Shown here: piece by piece, positions 36,400 through 45,487 of the stretch | Numbering within the stretch: position 1 is the stretch's first letter | How the letters are laid out: the number at the start of each line of letters is the position of its first letter | Assembly: GCA_963613175.1 (NCBI GenBank) | Contig: CAVDXX010000002.1 | Span: 19,005 to 83,004, forward strand | Direction: 5' to 3' | Length of the DNA: 64,000 nt | DNA from: a bacterium | GTDB taxonomy: Bacteria > Patescibacteriota > Saccharimonadia > Saccharimonadales > Saccharimonadaceae | Position numbers and translations under genes: made by a program | The notes under the pieces: generated by a model | Seen by the model: the letters and a program-made list of their open reading frames with translations, nothing else | What the model was told of the DNA's origin: nothing | The model's database searches: none

Positions 36400-37875
36400 A
36401 TGGGTAAATTACCGATTGTAGCGTTAATTGGTCAGACAAATGCCGGAAAATCGAGCATTTTAAATCGGCTGGCACGAAAAAATATTGCAATTGTGGCTCG
36501 CGAAGAGGGGACGACGCGCGATAATGTGGTCGCGAAAATTGATGATCGATTTATTTTAGTCGACACAGCGGGATTAAAAGACCCCTCGGATGATTTCGAA
36601 GCTTCGATTCAGGACCAAATTTTAGATGCGATTGAAAGCGCGGATGTGATTTTAGTAACCCTCGATTCGGCGAAATATTTCGATCATCGCGATGCAAAAA
36701 TTGCAAAAAGTGCGCTCCGATCGGGAAAACCAGTTTATCTAGTTTTAAACAAATGCGATCTCGGCGAATCTTTACCGATTGAAAATTTTCGAGCACTCGG
36801 AATTGCGCCAGAACGGACTTTTTACGTTTCAGCGACAACGGGGCAGGGAATAAGCGCTTTTAAAAAGCAATTGGAAGACAGTTTTTCTCGGGTCGGTGTT
36901 CCTCGCGCCCGTCTTCACGGGGCTCGGACCCCTTATTCCTCGACAGCAGCCTCCGAACTCCCTCGAAAAACGTCTTCTCAGCCGCCGCTCAAGATCGCTT
37001 TGATCGGACGACCGAACGTAGGAAAATCGAGCCTATTCAATGCCCTTGGCAAGAAACAACAAGCCATCGTTTCGAGCCGCCAAGGAACAACTCGCGATAT
37101 CAATCGCGTTAATGTGAAATTTAAGGGTCGAGAACTGGAAATTCTGGATACGGCGGGTTTACGTCGACCGGGAAAACGCGAAGTGGGAATTGAAAAGTTT
37201 AGTGCGATTCGAACTTTAGCAGCGATTGAAGAGGCTGATATTTGTGCTTTACTTGTCGACGGTACAGAGCCACACGCCAAACTCGACCAAGCTCTCGCTG
37301 GACAAATCATTGAGGCGGGGAAAGGGATCGTAGTCGTTGTTACGAAAACCGACTTGGTTCAGGCGCAACTCGAAGAATTCGAAAATAAAAAAGTGGCGCG
37401 AGATAAAGAATTGACCGAAGATGGGCGAAAAATTGAGCTTGAAACTCGTCAGCCGAAAGATCTTGAAGCTATTCTAGACGATCTGGAATTCGACTTTAAC
37501 TTCTTGCCTTATGCGCCGGTGCTTTTAACCAGCGCAGAAACAGGGAAAAATGTGACACAATTATTCGAATTGGCATTAGAAATCGATAAAAATCGCCATT
37601 TAGAGGTTAAAACTTCAGATCTGAACAAAATCTTGAACGAAGCAATTATCTCGCATACTCCGGCGGGGCTCAAAAACACCCGCCCGAAGCCGAAATACAT
37701 CGTCCAAACCGACACTTGCCCGCCGTGGTTCGTGGTACATGGGCATAATCTGGAATTGTTGCACTGGTCGTGGAAACGCTTTTTAGAGCGCAAAATTCGC
37801 GAAAAATATCCATTTGTCGGGACACCGATGATGTTTTCATTCCGAAATGAGCAAAATATTGACAAAAAAGCATAA
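36400..37875 (+). CDS. der: Ribosome-associated GTPase Der/EngA with GC-rich in-frame insertion between the two G domains
   Basis: Two P-loops GQTNAGKSS and GRPNVGKSS. DTAG appears twice. KH-like C-terminus. Leaderless-type TATAAT-N6-ATG. Confidence 0.9.
   Translation: MGKLPIVALIGQTNAGKSSILNRLARKNIAIVAREEGTTRDNVVAKIDDRFILVDTAGLKDPSDDFEASIQDQILDAIESADVILVTLDSAKYFDHRDAKIAKSALRSGKPVYLVLNKCDLGESLPIENFRALGIAPERTFYVSATTGQGISAFKKQLEDSFSRVGVPRARLHGARTPYSSTAASELPRKTSSQPPLKIALIGRPNVGKSSLFNALGKKQQAIVSSRQGTTRDINRVNVKFKGRELEILDTAGLRRPGKREVGIEKFSAIRTLAAIEEADICALLVDGTEPHAKLDQALAGQIIEAGKGIVVVVTKTDLVQAQLEEFENKKVARDKELTEDGRKIELETRQPKDLEAILDDLEFDFNFLPYAPVLLTSAETGKNVTQLFELALEIDKNRHLEVKTSDLNKILNEAIISHTPAGLKNTRPKPKYIVQTDTCPPWFVVHGHNLELLHWSWKRFLERKIREKYPFVGTPMMFSFRNEQNIDKKA
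36886..36990. repeat. GC-rich hairpin element inside der
   Basis: 36902-36927 matches 55627-55652 at 21/26 positions, with a compensated stem change. Confidence 0.6.
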
Positions 37876-37972
37876 TCGTGATATAATTAAAGGATAAGAA
37901 CTTTTTTAAGTTCCTTTTTTGTGCTAAACTGATGTTGAGGGGGGAGTATCTTTATAAGAAGGAGGAGATCTT

Positions 37973-39619
37973 ATGTCAGAAGGTCGACTTATTTTCGTAA
38001 TAGACACAAACGTTTTAATCGATTATATCGACATTATTCCGTCGCCGGACGGAAAAATCGTAACACCGGAAGAGCCAACAGTTGATTTGTCTGGGGCGAA
38101 CATCGTGATACCCTCGATGGTAATACGAGAACTTTCGAGGTTTAAGAAGGAAAAGATCGAACGAGGCAAGGCATCGCGTGCAGCATTAGAGCGAATTCGG
38201 GAAATCGTGGAACGTAGTGGAGAATACACGATGGAGGATGTGTACAACTTGAATGCACCAATGGAATTAGCAATAAGAGGTCAAACTCTGTCGATTTTGC
38301 CAGTGCACAAGAATTTTGATAAACCATTGCCTTTTCATCCGTCTGATGATGATATGGACGGGCAAATTATCCTCGCTACGTTAACAGCAATGTTTATCGA
38401 AGCAGGGTTGCCGGTCGATGGCACCGTAAAGGATACGGTCGCTGCGGCGCTAGAGCCCAATACCCGAGTTACGCTCTTGACCAATGACAATGGTTTAGCA
38501 ATCCGTGCAAACGAACGTAGTATTCACACGATGCGTTATGGCTATGCATATCCAAAGCCTTACACTGGGCGCCGAGATATCGCCGTGCCACCGAAGCTTT
38601 ACCAAGAGTTTATCAATTCGCGTGGAGAAGGTATCACACGTGCTTACTTCGAAGAGCAACTACCGAATGAGCCGAAATTGGTCGCGAACGAGTTCATTGT
38701 AATGGAGCCGGAAAATCCAATAATCCTGCCTGCAGGTTACGACCCAGCGATTGATCCATATTTTCTATACATCGGTCGTTATGACGTCTCGACAGATTCA
38801 ATCGTTCCGTTAAAATATATTAATGATTTTCCAACGAGAATCAATAATCCGGGACAAGCGATTTACGCCGAGGCACTAATGAACCCGGGCATCGCTGCAA
38901 TAATCTGTACTGGCCCGGCGGGATCTGGAAAAACCTATATGTCAACAATTTACGGATATGAAGCCTGTAAACATGGTGATTATATCGGAGTTACGGTAGT
39001 ACCATGCGAAGATCATAGTAATATTGGAGCGTTACCTGGCGAACTTGAAGAAAAGATGGATCCGAATGTTCAGCCTTTAAAAAATGCATTGAGGAATTAC
39101 TTTTTACAAAGCGAAAAAGGATTCCGAAAGAAGGAACAGAAAAAGAACCAGAAAAAGAACCAGAAAGACAATTACCATAACCGAGACGACAACGGAGCTG
39201 GCGGTTCGCAAAAGAATTCGCTAAAAGCAAGATTGAAAGATCGCGTGGATATGGTTTGGGAAAATTGGTTCTCAAGTATACCTATCGAAAATGCCAGAGG
39301 TCGAGATTTCGCCTATGAACTCGCGATTTATGACGAATTTCAGGACCAAAATGCAAAACAGGCCGATATGCTGATAAAACGTATCGGCGCTGACGGAAAG
39401 ATCGTGTTAACTGGCGATGTTAGGCAAATTCATTCTGCCTATAATGATCGGTTCAACAATGGCCTAGTATATGCTTCGAAGTTGCTGTATAACAATCCAT
39501 TGGTCGCACAAGTAAATTTCATTGAAAGTGAAGTGATTCGACATCCGTTGGTAAAGATGATCGCAAAGAAACAAGGACTAGAAAGTGCTAACCAAGCACG
39601 CCCTAGCGAACTCAGTTAA
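37973..39619 (+). CDS. PIN domain + PhoH-like ATPase (PhoH2/YlaK type)
   Basis: N-terminal PIN FVIDTNVLIDY. P-loop GPAGSGKTY. DEFQD. Low-complexity insert KKEQKKNQKKNQKD. Confidence 0.8.
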   Translation: MSEGRLIFVIDTNVLIDYIDIIPSPDGKIVTPEEPTVDLSGANIVIPSMVIRELSRFKKEKIERGKASRAALERIREIVERSGEYTMEDVYNLNAPMELAIRGQTLSILPVHKNFDKPLPFHPSDDDMDGQIILATLTAMFIEAGLPVDGTVKDTVAAALEPNTRVTLLTNDNGLAIRANERSIHTMRYGYAYPKPYTGRRDIAVPPKLYQEFINSRGEGITRAYFEEQLPNEPKLVANEFIVMEPENPIILPAGYDPAIDPYFLYIGRYDVSTDSIVPLKYINDFPTRINNPGQAIYAEALMNPGIAAIICTGPAGSGKTYMSTIYGYEACKHGDYIGVTVVPCEDHSNIGALPGELEEKMDPNVQPLKNALRNYFLQSEKGFRKKEQKKNQKKNQKDNYHNRDDNGAGGSQKNSLKARLKDRVDMVWENWFSSIPIENARGRDFAYELAIYDEFQDQNAKQADMLIKRIGADGKIVLTGDVRQIHSAYNDRFNNGLVYASKLLYNNPLVAQVNFIESEVIRHPLVKMIAKKQGLESANQARPSELS

Positions 39620-39641
39620 TATCCATAAGATACTCCCCTTG

Positions 39642-39668
39642 CTCCCGTCCTTTCGACGGGGGTTTTTT
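39642..39668 (+). terminator. Intrinsic terminator after the PhoH2 gene
   Basis: Stem cccgtc / gacggg followed by TTTTTT. Confidence 0.75.
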
Positions 39669-39684
39669 ATGGTATAATATAATT

Positions 39685-40218
39685 ATGAAATTAGTGGTCG
39701 GACTCGGTAACCCCGAGGCCAAATATAACTGGACAAGACACAATACTGGCTTTCTCGCGCTAGATTTCTTTTTTAAGCTTAATCACCTTAGTTGGGAGGC
39801 AAAACCACGCTACGGGGCGATTTTTGGCCGCAAGGACGATATTTTGTTTATCAAACCGCAGGATTATTATAATTTAAGCGGACGAGCAGTGCGCGAATTT
39901 ATGCGTTTTTACAAGATCCCGACCGAAGATATTTTGGTGATTTGTGATGATTTTAACCTTAAATTCGGCACTTTACGCTATCGCCGACGTGGTTCAGCGG
40001 GCGGAAATAACGGGCTAAAGTCCATCATTGCTGAAATTGGAACTGAAGATTTTCCGCGAATTCGGATCGGAACGGGGAATGATGAATTACGGAAGCGAAT
40101 TGGTGATGTGGATTTTGTTTTGTCGAAATTCACCCCCGAAGAAAAGGAAAAACTGCCAGAAGTGTTAAGCATAATTGCTAAGCGGATTGAAGAAGAAACC
40201 GATTTTTCGGAAAATTAA
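39685..40218 (+). CDS. pth: Peptidyl-tRNA hydrolase
   Basis: LVVGLGNPEAKYNWTRHNTGF and GGNNGLKSI. Confidence 0.92.
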   Translation: MKLVVGLGNPEAKYNWTRHNTGFLALDFFFKLNHLSWEAKPRYGAIFGRKDDILFIKPQDYYNLSGRAVREFMRFYKIPTEDILVICDDFNLKFGTLRYRRRGSAGGNNGLKSIIAEIGTEDFPRIRIGTGNDELRKRIGDVDFVLSKFTPEEKEKLPEVLSIIAKRIEEETDFSEN

Positions 40219-40249
40219 TGATTAGAGGCAGATTTTGGGACGATTTCGT

Positions 40250-41230
40250 TTAGACTAGAGCCCAATTATTCATCCCTAGCGGACGAATCAACCCCTTTAA
40301 TTCGAGCAGGGTCAGCGTTTCCGCTAAACTCGCAGCGGGAAGTGCCAATTTTTCAGCAATTTCGTTGCCGTCGCGCAAACCTTCGAAAAGTGCTTTGAGC
40401 ACTGCTGTTTCGGATTTGTTTAATCCCTGTGGAAGTGTAAATTTAGATGATTTTCGCGATTTTTTCATGATTTCTTCAGGAAAGATGAAATCTAGAAGGT
40501 CTTCGGGTCCAGTATAGGGATAAGCACCCTGTTTAATCAAGCGATTACAGCCCACCGAGTTCTGGCTAGTTAAATTTCCCGGCACTGCGAAAACGTCTTT
40601 ACCTTGGTTTAAGGCGTGAGCAGCGGTGTTTAATGTCCCTGAACGCTCTGCCGCCTCGACTACTACTACGACATCGGAAAGCCCCGAAATAAGACGATTG
40701 CGATGAAGAAAAGAGCCTTTATAATTAATTTGTCTCTGTCCGTTTTTATCCATAAACTCGCCCGTGACCAGAGGTGCATCCGAATTTGTCGGTGGATATT
40801 CGGAAAGTACCGCGCCACCTTTTTCGACAATCTCGGCGGCAAGTTTTTCGTGATTTCGGGGATAGATTTTATCGATCGCCGTTCCAAGCACCGCTACAGT
40901 TTTTCCGCCTGCGTCTACCGCGGCCCGATGACTAACACTATCGATCCCATAAGCCAGCCCCGAAACGATCACTACTCCACGTTTTGCGAGCTCATAAGCC
41001 ATTTTATAGGCAACCTCTTCGCCGTAACGAGTGTTGCGCCGCGAACCGACAATGGCGACTGATTTTGGGCGCGTAAGCTTCCCGTTTTTCGACACATTTT
41101 CCGGCATTTTACCACGAAAATACAATGTTTTAGGCGTAAGCGCAATGCTATTTAACACCTCTGTAAAATCGGTTTCCAGAGGTCGGATTTGGTTGATTTT
41201 TGTAAAAAAGTGTGAAAAAAGTGTTGACAT
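40250..41230 (-). CDS. dprA: DNA processing protein DprA/Smf
   Basis: VAIVGSRRNTRYG, SGLAYGIDSVSHRAA, SGTLNTAAHALNQGKDVFAVPG. C-terminal wHTH. Confidence 0.88.
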   Translation of the reverse strand: MSTLFSHFFTKINQIRPLETDFTEVLNSIALTPKTLYFRGKMPENVSKNGKLTRPKSVAIVGSRRNTRYGEEVAYKMAYELAKRGVVIVSGLAYGIDSVSHRAAVDAGGKTVAVLGTAIDKIYPRNHEKLAAEIVEKGGAVLSEYPPTNSDAPLVTGEFMDKNGQRQINYKGSFLHRNRLISGLSDVVVVVEAAERSGTLNTAAHALNQGKDVFAVPGNLTSQNSVGCNRLIKQGAYPYTGPEDLLDFIFPEEIMKKSRKSSKFTLPQGLNKSETAVLKALFEGLRDGNEIAEKLALPAASLAETLTLLELKGLIRPLGMNNWALV

Positions 41231-41257
41231 TTTATTTCTCCCGTGCTATAATTAAAA

Positions 41258-41559
41258 CAGTTGGTACACAAAAAGTGTGCCACACCGCACCTAAATAAGT
41301 TATAATTTCAGCTATACTGTTTTTAGTATAGCAGAAATTGCGAGCTTTTGAAACCCTTTCGGGCTTTGAATTTCTTCATGGTTCAATGCTTATAAGTATT
41401 ACCTCCACTTTGAAAGGAAGCTTTCGAAGGCTTAGCAATCCCTCTAACCGGCGGGCCCCAATTTGTGTGAGGTGGGTCGCGCTTCCGGGGTCTCTCCCGG
41501 TATAGTGAGAAGCGTTAGAGGGCCGAAATAGCCTCAGGTGATGCCCACCCTTACCTGAG
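41258..41559 (+). ncRNA. Candidate structured ncRNA of unknown class (own promoter and terminator)
   Basis: Extended -10 TGcTATAAT at 41243-41251, with a second TATAAT at 41291-41296. No ORF. Several hairpins. 13-bp terminator stem 41517-41556 plus a T-run. The topA promoter lies downstream of the terminator. Confidence 0.35.
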
Positions 41560-41627
41560 GCTATTTTTGTGGGGAAATTGTGCACGTTTTTACGGTTATG
41601 CTTGACGGGTGTGGTATGATTATATAT

Positions 41628-44084
41628 ATGACGAAAAATTTGGTGATTGTGGAGAGCCCGGCGAAGGCGAAAACGATCGAGAAATATCTCGGGGCGGATT
41701 TTCGAGTGCTGGCGTCGGTTGGACATATCCGAAAAGATACAAAAGTCGATAAAACTACTTTTGATGTGACTTATGAGATTGACCCGGGACACAAACAGAT
41801 TATTTCGGAGTTAAAAAAGGCAGCGAAGGATGCGGAGCAGATTTGGCTCGCAACTGATGAGGACCGCGAGGGAGAGTCAATTTCGTGGCACTTATGCGAA
41901 GTATTGAACTTGCCGAAAGACACGGCGCGGATTACTTTTCACGAAATTACCAAACCGGCGCTCGAGAACGCGATTAAAAATCCACGGACGGTAGATATGG
42001 ATATGGTGGCAAGTCAGCAGGCGCGTCAGACGCTAGATATGCTGGTGGGATATGATTTGTCGGACATTGTGCGACGAAAAGTCCCTGGAGCGGTGTCGGC
42101 AGGGCGAGTTCAGAGTCCGGCGCTAAGACTGATTGTCGAGCGTGAGAAAAAGATTGAACAATTTGAAAGTAAATTTGATTTTAAAGTTAATGGCCGATTC
42201 ACATCAACCGGCGAAACTGGTGTAATTCCGGAAAATTCCGATCTCAATTTCGTCGCAAAAGGCGAGGTGGTGGTTTTTGATGGATTTTTGAAGGTTTATG
42301 GCAAAAGTAAGGATTCTGAGTTGCCGAAAATGGCAAAAGGTGAGCGTGTCCAACTCGAGGGGTTGAGTGCGAAGCAGAACTTTGCTAAACCGCCAGCGCG
42401 ATATACTGAGGGGTCGCTGGTGAAAAAGCTGGAAGAACTCGGAATCGGACGGCCGTCGACTTACGCCTCGATTATGACCGCGATTCAGGCGCGAGGTTAT
42501 GTCGTCAAGGGGGAATCAGAGGGCGAAAAACGCGAAGTGGCGGTCTATACGGTGGGCGATCCGGGAACAAAAACAGGAAGGATCGATGACGATACAGAAA
42601 ATGAGACTTTAGAAGAACAGGGAGCCGAACTTACGCCCGAAACAGACGGGGCGCAAACTTTTGTGGCGAATTTTGGTGGGGAAGCGCCAAAAGAGGAGAC
42701 GGAAGCGGAAAAATTATTAACAGATTTAACAGAGGCGGAATTCGTAGTAACAGAGGTGGAAGAAAAAGAAGGCTCAAAAGCCAATCCAACACCATTCACG
42801 ACTGCAGCCTTACAGATCGAGGCAAATGCGAAACTTGGTTTTTCGTCGCGGACAACAATGAGCGCGGCGCAAGGACTGTATCAGGCCGGTCTGATTACTT
42901 ACCACCGAACCGATTCTCTGAATTTATCGTCACAAGCAGTGGCGGCGATTGCTGGGTTTATTGAAGCGAATTTTGGGAAAAATTATCTGAAAGTGCGACA
43001 TTTCAAAACGAAAGACGCTTCGGCGCAAGAAGCGCACGAAGCGATTCGGCCGACAAATGTTCAAACCACAGTTGCAGGGAAGAATAATTATGAAAAACGA
43101 CTTTATCAGCTAATCTGGTCGCGAACGGTGGCGACGCAGATGGCGAACGCAAAAGTGGCAAAAACTACGGTGAAAATCGGGGTTAATACAAGCGCAGACA
43201 ACGGCTCCGAAAAATCCGCGAAAAATGCTCTAGATACGGGGGTGAAACGCGAAATTGTCAGTGAAAAATTCGGAGCAAACAAGGGGAAATTAGTGCCGAC
43301 GCCGATCGGGGAATTGGTTTCGGGGTTTTTGACCGAAAATTTCCAAAATATTGTTGATTATCGGTTTACGGCGAATATTGAGAAGGATTTGGATTTGGTA
43401 GCGGACGCAAAATTGGAGCGAGTGAAGATGCTACGAGATTTCTATGGACCGTTTCATGATACGGTTTTGGCCGCCAATGGGGTGGAGCGATACAATAATG
43501 CGAGGCTGCTCGGTCATGACCCGGAAACCGGCAAACCGATCTATGCGAAAATTGGTAAAAATGGCGGATTTATCCAACTCGGCGGGAACGAGAAAGAAAC
43601 AGGGGAAAAACCGCGTTTTGCGCCATTGCCGAAGCGAAAATCAGTAAAAACCGTGAGTCTAGAGCAAGCTTTAGGACAGCTCGCGTTGCCAGCTTTGCCG
43701 CGATCACTCGGGAAAGCGCCGGATGGAACGGAAATCATCGCGGCGAACGGACCATTTGGGCCGTATCTTAAGAGTGGAAAATACAATATTCCGATGAAAG
43801 AGTTAGATCCTTATACGGTTAGCTTAGAAGAAGCTCTGCCACTTTATCAGGCGAAAATTGATTCAATCATTGCGGATTGGGGCGAAATTATGATTATCAA
43901 TGGAGCTTATGGACCTTATGTAAAGGGCCCGGGACGACGTAATAACGTCAAAATCCCGAAAGAGACCGATCCGAAAACGGTAACACTGGCGCAGGCGGAA
44001 GAGATGTTAAAAAATAAGCCGAAAACTACTCGTCGGGGGACGCGGGGGCGGGGAAAAACTAAAAAGAAGAGCTCAAAAAAGTAG
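41628..44084 (+). CDS. topA: DNA topoisomerase I (type IA) with non-canonical order of conserved segments
   Basis: Toprim LVIVESPAKAKTI, DEDREGE. GIGRPSTYASI at 42441-42473. Active-site GLITYHRTDS (Tyr codon 42900-42902). QEAHEAIRPT. C-terminal GPYLK/GPYVK repeats. Lys-rich tail. Confidence 0.85.
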   Translation: MTKNLVIVESPAKAKTIEKYLGADFRVLASVGHIRKDTKVDKTTFDVTYEIDPGHKQIISELKKAAKDAEQIWLATDEDREGESISWHLCEVLNLPKDTARITFHEITKPALENAIKNPRTVDMDMVASQQARQTLDMLVGYDLSDIVRRKVPGAVSAGRVQSPALRLIVEREKKIEQFESKFDFKVNGRFTSTGETGVIPENSDLNFVAKGEVVVFDGFLKVYGKSKDSELPKMAKGERVQLEGLSAKQNFAKPPARYTEGSLVKKLEELGIGRPSTYASIMTAIQARGYVVKGESEGEKREVAVYTVGDPGTKTGRIDDDTENETLEEQGAELTPETDGAQTFVANFGGEAPKEETEAEKLLTDLTEAEFVVTEVEEKEGSKANPTPFTTAALQIEANAKLGFSSRTTMSAAQGLYQAGLITYHRTDSLNLSSQAVAAIAGFIEANFGKNYLKVRHFKTKDASAQEAHEAIRPTNVQTTVAGKNNYEKRLYQLIWSRTVATQMANAKVAKTTVKIGVNTSADNGSEKSAKNALDTGVKREIVSEKFGANKGKLVPTPIGELVSGFLTENFQNIVDYRFTANIEKDLDLVADAKLERVKMLRDFYGPFHDTVLAANGVERYNNARLLGHDPETGKPIYAKIGKNGGFIQLGGNEKETGEKPRFAPLPKRKSVKTVSLEQALGQLALPALPRSLGKAPDGTEIIAANGPFGPYLKSGKYNIPMKELDPYTVSLEEALPLYQAKIDSIIADWGEIMIINGAYGPYVKGPGRRNNVKIPKETDPKTVTLAQAEEMLKNKPKTTRRGTRGRGKTKKKSSKK

Positions 44085-44352
44085 AGGAGGTTAGCTTCGG
44101 GGGCTAACGGGGAATTAGGGGGTTGGTTTTTGAGGTTGACGGGAAATTGGCCGATTTTTTGGTGAATTTTAATGAATTCCGTGCAAGTTTAGGCAAAAGG
44201 TTATGCTTTTTATAATTTTTTTCGTAGTTTGTAAAAAATGTGCTACAATAGTAAAAGGAAATAGATAATTTTATAGTTGACACTTACTCTAAACTATGAT
44301 ATTATAATATAAATTGACAATATTAGCAGGGGTGGAATAAGAAAGGTATTTG

Positions 44353-45381
44353 ATGGACCAAAATGCGGAAACTCTCAAAAAAGCAATTTCAGGCAGTCTA
44401 GAAATTATCGAGCAGGAACGAGAAAAGGAAATCATTTCACGCCGATTTGGATTAAACAGCGCAAAAGAAACCCTTGAACAAATTGGTGAAATGTTGTCCA
44501 TTACGAGAGAACGGGTACGACAGCTAGAAAAGGCGATTTTGATTCGTTTGCGCATTGCCGCCGAAGAAAGCCAAATCAAAGAGCTTGCCGCCGCAGAAAA
44601 GATTTTAATCCGCAATTTGACTGAGATGGGGCGAGTGGCGAAATTAACAGATTTAGCTGATAAGGTTTATGGAAGGGAAGCAACTGCGCCAGAGAGAGCT
44701 GGCATTTATTTTATCGCAACTTTTGCCAATAGTTTGACTATTGTTGAGGAGAATGACAGCTATTTTACAGCTGTAGGAATCGCAGAATACGGGGATGGTA
44801 AGAAAATCCGAGAGCGCGTGGACGAGATTGTGAAAATTGTACGTGAGAACAAAAAACCGATGACTTTAGATGAGCTTGACAATAAGCTGAACTATGAACA
44901 TCCTGACCATATTAAAGCGATAGCGTCAATTTCTAAATTATTAGCGACTTTAAATGGAGTATGGGGACTTGCGAAATGGCCGTCCGTAAACCCGAAGAAT
45001 ATCCGTGATAAAATTTTTGTAATTTTAGAGACGAAAAAAGGGCCGATGCACTTTTCGGAAATCGCAAAAGAAATCAAAGAATCGAATTTCAAGCGAAAAA
45101 ATGTCACAGTACAGGCAATTCATAATGAGTTGATTAAAGATCCGCGATTCATTCTAATCGGGCGAGGAATTTACGCCTTGAATACTTGGGGTTATAAGAA
45201 GGGAACGATTTCTGATATCATCAAATCGGTGCTAGAGAAAACTGGCGAGCCGATGACGCGTGAAGAAATTGTGAAGCAAGTCCTGAAAGTGCGAAAAGTA
45301 AAAGAAACGACGATTTTGCTGAACTTACAGAATAAAGAATTCTTCCAAAAGGTTGATAAAAATTCCTATAAGTTAGCGTAG
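44353..45381 (+). CDS. Sigma-70 region-4-like HTH + HARE-HTH repeats DNA-binding protein
   Basis: RRFGLNSAKETLEQIGEMLSITRERVRQLEKAIL. Later PMHFSEIAKEI...IGRGIYAL, which is HARE-HTH-like. Confidence 0.5.
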   Translation: MDQNAETLKKAISGSLEIIEQEREKEIISRRFGLNSAKETLEQIGEMLSITRERVRQLEKAILIRLRIAAEESQIKELAAAEKILIRNLTEMGRVAKLTDLADKVYGREATAPERAGIYFIATFANSLTIVEENDSYFTAVGIAEYGDGKKIRERVDEIVKIVRENKKPMTLDELDNKLNYEHPDHIKAIASISKLLATLNGVWGLAKWPSVNPKNIRDKIFVILETKKGPMHFSEIAKEIKESNFKRKNVTVQAIHNELIKDPRFILIGRGIYALNTWGYKKGTISDIIKSVLEKTGEPMTREEIVKQVLKVRKVKETTILLNLQNKEFFQKVDKNSYKLA

Positions 45382-45487
45382 GCTTCGAAAAGATTAGTCT
45401 CATACGAAGGGGGGTCACATAAAACTATTTTTTCCAAAAAGCTTATGCGTCCATAACCATTTCGGATTTATATGATATAATAAAAAC

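Noticed and set aside
36287-36490. 67-aa minus-strand ORF.
   Set aside because: It overlaps tRNA-Glu and the der promoter and start, so it is spurious.
39110-39235. Extra KKEQKKNQKKNQKDNYHNRDDNGAGGSQKNS segment in PhoH2, considered as another element insertion.
   Set aside because: It is AT/purine-rich with a short tandem duplication (agaaaaagaacc twice). It is not palindromic and has no similarity to the GC-rich family. It is probably an ordinary low-complexity linker.
41376-41792. 138-aa minus-strand ORF across the candidate ncRNA and the topA start.
   Set aside because: It runs antisense through a terminator and the topA N-terminus, with no homology recognised. The plus-strand promoter/terminator unit explains the region better.
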